Source: Candidatus Omnitrophota bacterium (GTDB taxonomy: Bacteria > Omnitrophota > Gorgyraeia > Duberdicusellales > Duberdicusellaceae). Taken from it: a stretch of 64,000 nucleotides of DNA. Positions within the stretch are counted from its first letter, which is position 1, and every line of letters begins with the position of its first letter. Under the pieces are notes generated by a model. The model was given only the letters and a program-made list of their open reading frames with translations. It ran no database searches and had not been told where the DNA came from. Position numbers and translations under genes: made by a program. Below are positions 56,001-62,000 of the stretch, piece by piece. The stretch is from NCBI GenBank assembly GCA_016932855.1, contig JAFGCB010000023.1:4825-68824 (forward strand), written 5' to 3'.

Positions 56001-59000
56001 CTGAAACTACGGGTTTTCATCAAATGCCTAAGGCTCAGGCTTTGGCTTGTATCGACTATTACAGCTACCTCAAGCCGGTTAATAGCTTCCTCTTGCCGAA
56101 TAAAAATACCCTCGCCTTTAAGATAGGCGGTCTTTCCGACAAGTAATGCCCTTATAGCCGGAACATCAACTCCTCCTAGCTTATCGTGCCATACGGTATA
56201 AACTCTGCCTGTACGTCCTGCAAGGGCATTATTTATAAATCCGTTAAGTTCTGCCACATTTAGACCGCTCTTATTCTTTAAAGCAGAAAACCTGCTTTTA
56301 TTTTCCGAGATGATCCGGGAAGTTTTCATAGTATCTTTTTTCCGGAATTTTAAAAGGAATTGTTTTGTCGGTGAGCTTAAAGAAAGGCGGGCATTTTCAG
56401 GAGAGGATATCGCGACGCAAGACCTATCCGGCGGGCTGTTTCCTGATATGCCTCTTTTTATAAACCAACTTCGCAATATATCGCTAGTAAAAGAATTTTC
56501 GCTGTTTCTCTGCGCAGGGGAAGACAAGAATCCATCCTCAATCCTGTCAATTACTCTCGGGCCGTAGTCGCTTTTAATATCAGAGCCGCCAGTAATTAAA
56601 TATACCGGGATCTCTAAAGATAAGGCCTTATGAAAAAGTTCTGCCATATCCAAAGGCATGGGCTTATGCAGTAAAGCCACGCAGCCGTCGACATCAGAGA
56701 TAATAGCTCTTATTATTATATCTGACTGTTCATGTCTTCTAAGAGCCTCGTCTAAAACCGGATAAACACCCTTAATCCCCGGATGCTCGGTAATTTTAAT
56801 CGAAGGAATATTTAATACATCAGCAGGGTCGCCGGCATAATAAGGCCGGTAATCAACGCTGTCTGAGGTAATCCGTAAAAAAGGAATATCAACCGGGGAA
56901 TCCCCGAAAGCAAATACCGCTCCTCCGTCAAAATTATCAAACAAAGGCCTTACAATATCCAACTTATCGTTTAAAGTCACCTTGCAATAATCCTTTCCAG
57001 TAAAGACGGCATAATTTTTATTATTTAGAATACTTTGGGCGCCGGTTAAAGAATTTAGTAGGTCGGATTCAAAACCTACAGCGGAAAGAGAGCCGAACCT
57101 ATTTACAAAATCCTGACAAATCCTTATCTCAAGCTCTGATAATTTATTAAAAAATTCAATCTTAAATCCTAAGCCCTTACCGAAGCAAGAAAGAAGTTTC
57201 TCTATATCTTGCAAGTGGGTTACCGGAGAAAAGAATTTATCACGCCAATGAGTTCTTACTAACACGGCCGGATTCTTTAGATATATACCCGCAACAAGGT
57301 TATGCTCCCAGGAATTATAAAGATAGATAAGACTGCTGGCTGAGATGCCAAGTTTACGGCTAGTCAATTTCCAGAAAGCAGCTGAAAGACTCTGGCCGAT
57401 AATCAGCTGATCCTTAAGATTAAACTTCTCTGCCTTAAGCTCCTCTACCTTTCTTTCGCCCTTTGGAGTATAGTAAACCCTGCCTTTTCCTGATATATAG
57501 TAAAAATCAAAGTTCCTAAGATACTGGCGAGAGGCCTTAAGGCTTGAGGAAGAACCAAAAATATTATCTTGCCTCAACAATACTGCTATCTCTTCGGTCT
57601 TTTTAGAATATTTACCGGCTATGGATTCATACCGGCTGGCCTTTGTAAACTCATACATTAATTCGAAAGCCAGCCCTATATGGCTTAATACATATGCAAC
57701 AATAATCCCTAATGCCTGCTCGTCTTTATATATTCTAAACCCATGCTCAACCAGCTGTTCTGCGTTCACATATCTTCCATTATTTTGAATTCCTAAAATA
57801 TTTGCTACTTGATCTTTTTCCTCTCCTGCGTCCAAAAGGTCAAAGCCGCCATTGTTTTCAACGCCCAAAAATACATGCTGCCGCTTTCTATCCTCTGAAT
57901 CCTTTAAGTCTAGGTCTATTGCAGCTAAATTGCCGTAATATCCCATAAAGCTAAGAGAAAGATAGCCGAATAGTGAACGCACGCCGCACAAAGAAAGCCA
58001 GGTAATTATAGCCTGGACTTGTAAAGGCACTTCTTCTATGCTTGATAAACTCTCAGGATCAGGAACTAACTCATTAAGATAACTTGTAATAATAGCGGCG
58101 TCTTCTGCGTCCATCATCGCGCAGGAAGCATTAAACATATCAGCTGTAGTCGACTCGTTTCTAATCCAGTTCTCGACCCTTTCGATTACACCCGGCGTAT
58201 CCTGGGGAAGATGGCTTACTCTTACAAAAGGCTGGATATACTGGGGGATAATATTGTTAAGAAAATTGTTTTTCTTGTAATGGCTTAAAATAGATGCTAG
58301 GTCTGTTTGTTTATTACTTTCCACAATATTAATCTTAGATTCAAAAGGAGATGAGGCGCCCGAAGAACTACCAAAGCTTTCTTTAGCATCTATACGGTGG
58401 TCCATCTTCAACATATACTTGGCAAAGTAGGCAGAAAATATGGGAGCAAGCATCTTGCGGGTAAGGTCTTTTCGTATCCTACTCGGCACGCCCGGCAAGC
58501 GGCCATTCAAACTAGCATCACTTGACCTATGCATTATGTCCCTAACATCCATGTATTCTTTTCTCTTTTCGATAAGCCGCTGTCTGTGAAAAGCGTCGTT
58601 AAAGTAAAATGAACGGTAGTTAAGTATCCCGCTATTAGGATCAACCAGAATACTCCTGTATTCCTGGGGTATATTATCCAAACCACCCAGCCTTCTTATG
58701 ATTTCCCGGCGTGTCTTACGGGCGTTTAGAATAACTTCCTGAGAAAAATGAAACGGCCCTTCCAAGCCTGAATCAGGAACAGGCGGAGGTGCCTGGGAAG
58801 GAAAGAAAAAGCGGAAACCTCTGTCCATTGCTTCCAATTCCTCGGCTGAAAGCACAATCATAAACTGGGCGTATTCGCTTCTGATCCTTTCCCACACTCC
58901 GGCGTATTGATCAATCAGAAAATTAATATCTATATCCCCGTGTTCCTCGGCTATAAGAAGAGCGGCGATTACCGTAGCTTCGGTTATGAAATGGGCCCCT

Positions 59001-62000
59001 GCAGGAAACCCTTCACCGTTGAACATGAGCAGAGAAAAGACATATCTTTTAAGAAGCTTAACCACCTCCAAAATATCGGTATCCTCTGATGACTTTGTCC
59101 TTCCAGCTTTATACCAGGTAGAATCAAAAGGCATATAAATATCTTCCCAGACCGCGCCTAAGTAAATCATTGATGAACGCTCCTCGGTAACCCTTATATA
59201 GGTCTTTATGTGCTCTACCACATCCAGATCATCAGAGCCCCAGCGGGGCTTCATTTTAGATATGCCGTTAATATATCTTAGCCCGGCCTGTATCTGCTTC
59301 TGGGTTAAGGCCCTTCTTCCGAACTCTCCATATAAATACAGGTAAAGAGCCTCGGCTCTTAGGCGCCGCTCCCTGGGAGTCATATCTTTCCATACATTGT
59401 AATCAGAAGGGTTCTCATGCTGGCTGGGCCGATTAAGCTTTTCGTATAGAGCAGCGATTTCTTCTTCTACCTCTTTTATACTCTTTTTTCTTATTAAGGT
59501 AAGTTGACGATCCGAAAACCGAGCTATCCTCTTTAAGATATCCAACATATATCTGTCTGTAACCGCGGTAAATCCTTTGGCAAGATAACAGAATACACCT
59601 CTTGCGCCTGCCTGATGAAGGGCCAGTATCTTAGCCTGCTCTGCCAGCCAATCATCATCAAGATGAGGGTTTATTGCTCCAAAAACATCCCCTTCTTTAA
59701 TCCCTGTCTTTTCAACCCATTCTCCGGGAGTCGTAAGACCTTTTAGATGGTGGCGAAAAGCAACTTTCCTTGCCCGGCCCCAAGTCCCGTATGCCTGAAC
59801 TAAGTAAAGCATGTTACCGAAAGCTATTAAAACCATAGACAAAACAGAAATAGCGCCCCTAACAAACATGGGCTGGCCAAGATTTTCTTTCTTAAGCCAG
59901 TTCTTGCCTTTAAGACCTTTAAATAAATTGTAATAATAGTCTATTAGCCTCAAAGAAGAAATCTCTTTACCTAAATCATCGGAAAGCATGCTAAAAAGCC
60001 GTGTTACTGCCTGGTCATTCCATTGTTTGATAACTGAAAACTCCCAGGGATGAGTAAATAGCCTGAGTTTCTCTGCGGCTGTCTTATCAAGAAAGAAGAA
60101 GCCTTGGCTAAGTTGAAATCCTGACATCGGAAATACTTCATTTAAGCTTGCCTCGATTCCCATTTTCATCGACATATCTTTGGCGTTGCCGGTAGCAATA
60201 ACCATGGTAGTAGCATTTTCCCCTGGCTGGCGATCCCTAAAAAGAACCTCATGCCAACTGGAAGTAATGAAACCGTATCGAGGCTTGCCGTGTTTTGTAA
60301 AGAAATTATCGATTCCTCCAATTTCTTTAGCGTGACCGGCGGCAATATGATAGGTGGCAAGCTTACGGGGATCACTGTTCCTAACTTTTTTATAATCTAT
60401 GGCATCAATAAAAGCATTTTGGGTAAACGGCGTTCGGGTCTCGCAAAAACCCTCATGGCCTTTTCCTGAATAATCAGGCCCGGTTCCGTTTAAAGATACG
60501 CAGAATCCTCCGAACTTCTCGGTAATAATATAGGACATTCGCCAAGCACTCTGTTGCATAGTTACAAAATACTGATATTGAACAGGACTCTCTTTTCTCC
60601 TAAGTCTTCCTTTCAAATATTTGTCAAGCAACAAACCTTTCTTTTCAATATCAGCAAGTAAGGCTTCATAGTCGCGGTCATTCATGGGATTTTCCTGTAT
60701 CTGATGATGCTGGCTCAAAAGCTCATCTTTACTGTCAAGCCTTTTAAGATATCTTCGATATTGTCTTTGGGACATGCGCTTTGCGTTCTTATCGAGTATA
60801 TCTGAGTAATATAGATACTTGTTCTGATCAGATATACCCAAATCATTGAAGAAATTATTTAATATATTGGCAAAAGCATGGTAATCAGTCCTTTTCTGGG
60901 GAAAAATAGCATCAAGAGCAAAAACCGCAATCTTCTCTACCGAAGGCATCATTTCTTTGCGGACATCAACCCCGTGCGCCCGCAATATCATTTTCACCCG
61001 GGGGTCATCCCAGCCTTCGAATATTTCTCTTTTAGATAGGCTGCCGCGTAACCTTTCGGGTGTTCCAACTACAAAATCAACTATTCGGGCATAAGCCATC
61101 CAAGGAGTCTCTCCGGTGCAAGTCTGGGTAGGTATTAAATTAAAATTTTTGCTGTACTCCCAGTGCTGCCAGGCTTTTATAATCTCACAGGCAACCGAAA
61201 TAGCCGTATCCTTTACATTACTGTCGATTATAGGCCGCATATTCAAGGCATTTGAATAAGTACGGCTATAGCGCTCTACCGCTTTATCCCAGCTGCTTTC
61301 TTTAATTTTTATTCCCAGCATGGAGATGAAATCCGCCAAGGCCGGGCCCACGGGAAGAGGCGAACTGCTTGATATTTTAATTCCAGCCAGACTTCCTAAT
61401 GTGCTTGTGTTTCTATCTTCTATAACCCTACCCTCCTGAGTAACCATAAATATTTTAACTTCACTACTTAAGTCAAAGATATTTTCACTGATTCTTACCG
61501 GCTTTAGGTTATCGTCTAACAATGTAACTTTGTGTTTAACCTTAAGCATTCCCCTCGCCAAATCTTTAAGAGTTGAACGGGCCTCTTCCTGAGAAGACGA
61601 AAGAGCTAAAACTAATGCTATCCTGCCCCGCTCAAGTTCGGCAATCCCCAGGTTGTAGCTGTAGTAAAGGCTGTCTTTGTCTATGCCGTTATTCTCGGCC
61701 AATTCCGCTAAGCTAAGATGATCGAGACTGTAAACAAAAGGCTTAGCATTTACTCCGGCAATAAAAGAAAGATTGTTTCTAAATAGCTTATCTTTAAGAT
61801 GATGACCTATAAAGTCACTGTGGGCGATAATCTGCGGTCGCGGCGGAATATACTCTATGTTTTCTTTCCTAAACAAAAAGTTTAGCTTCAACGGACTTGC
61901 CGAGCCGATATCGAAAGAATCTTCATCCTTGAAAGAATAGACCAGAACCCGGGAAAAATCATACGCACCTACAAGATTATCGGCCCGGTCTATCTGTTCC

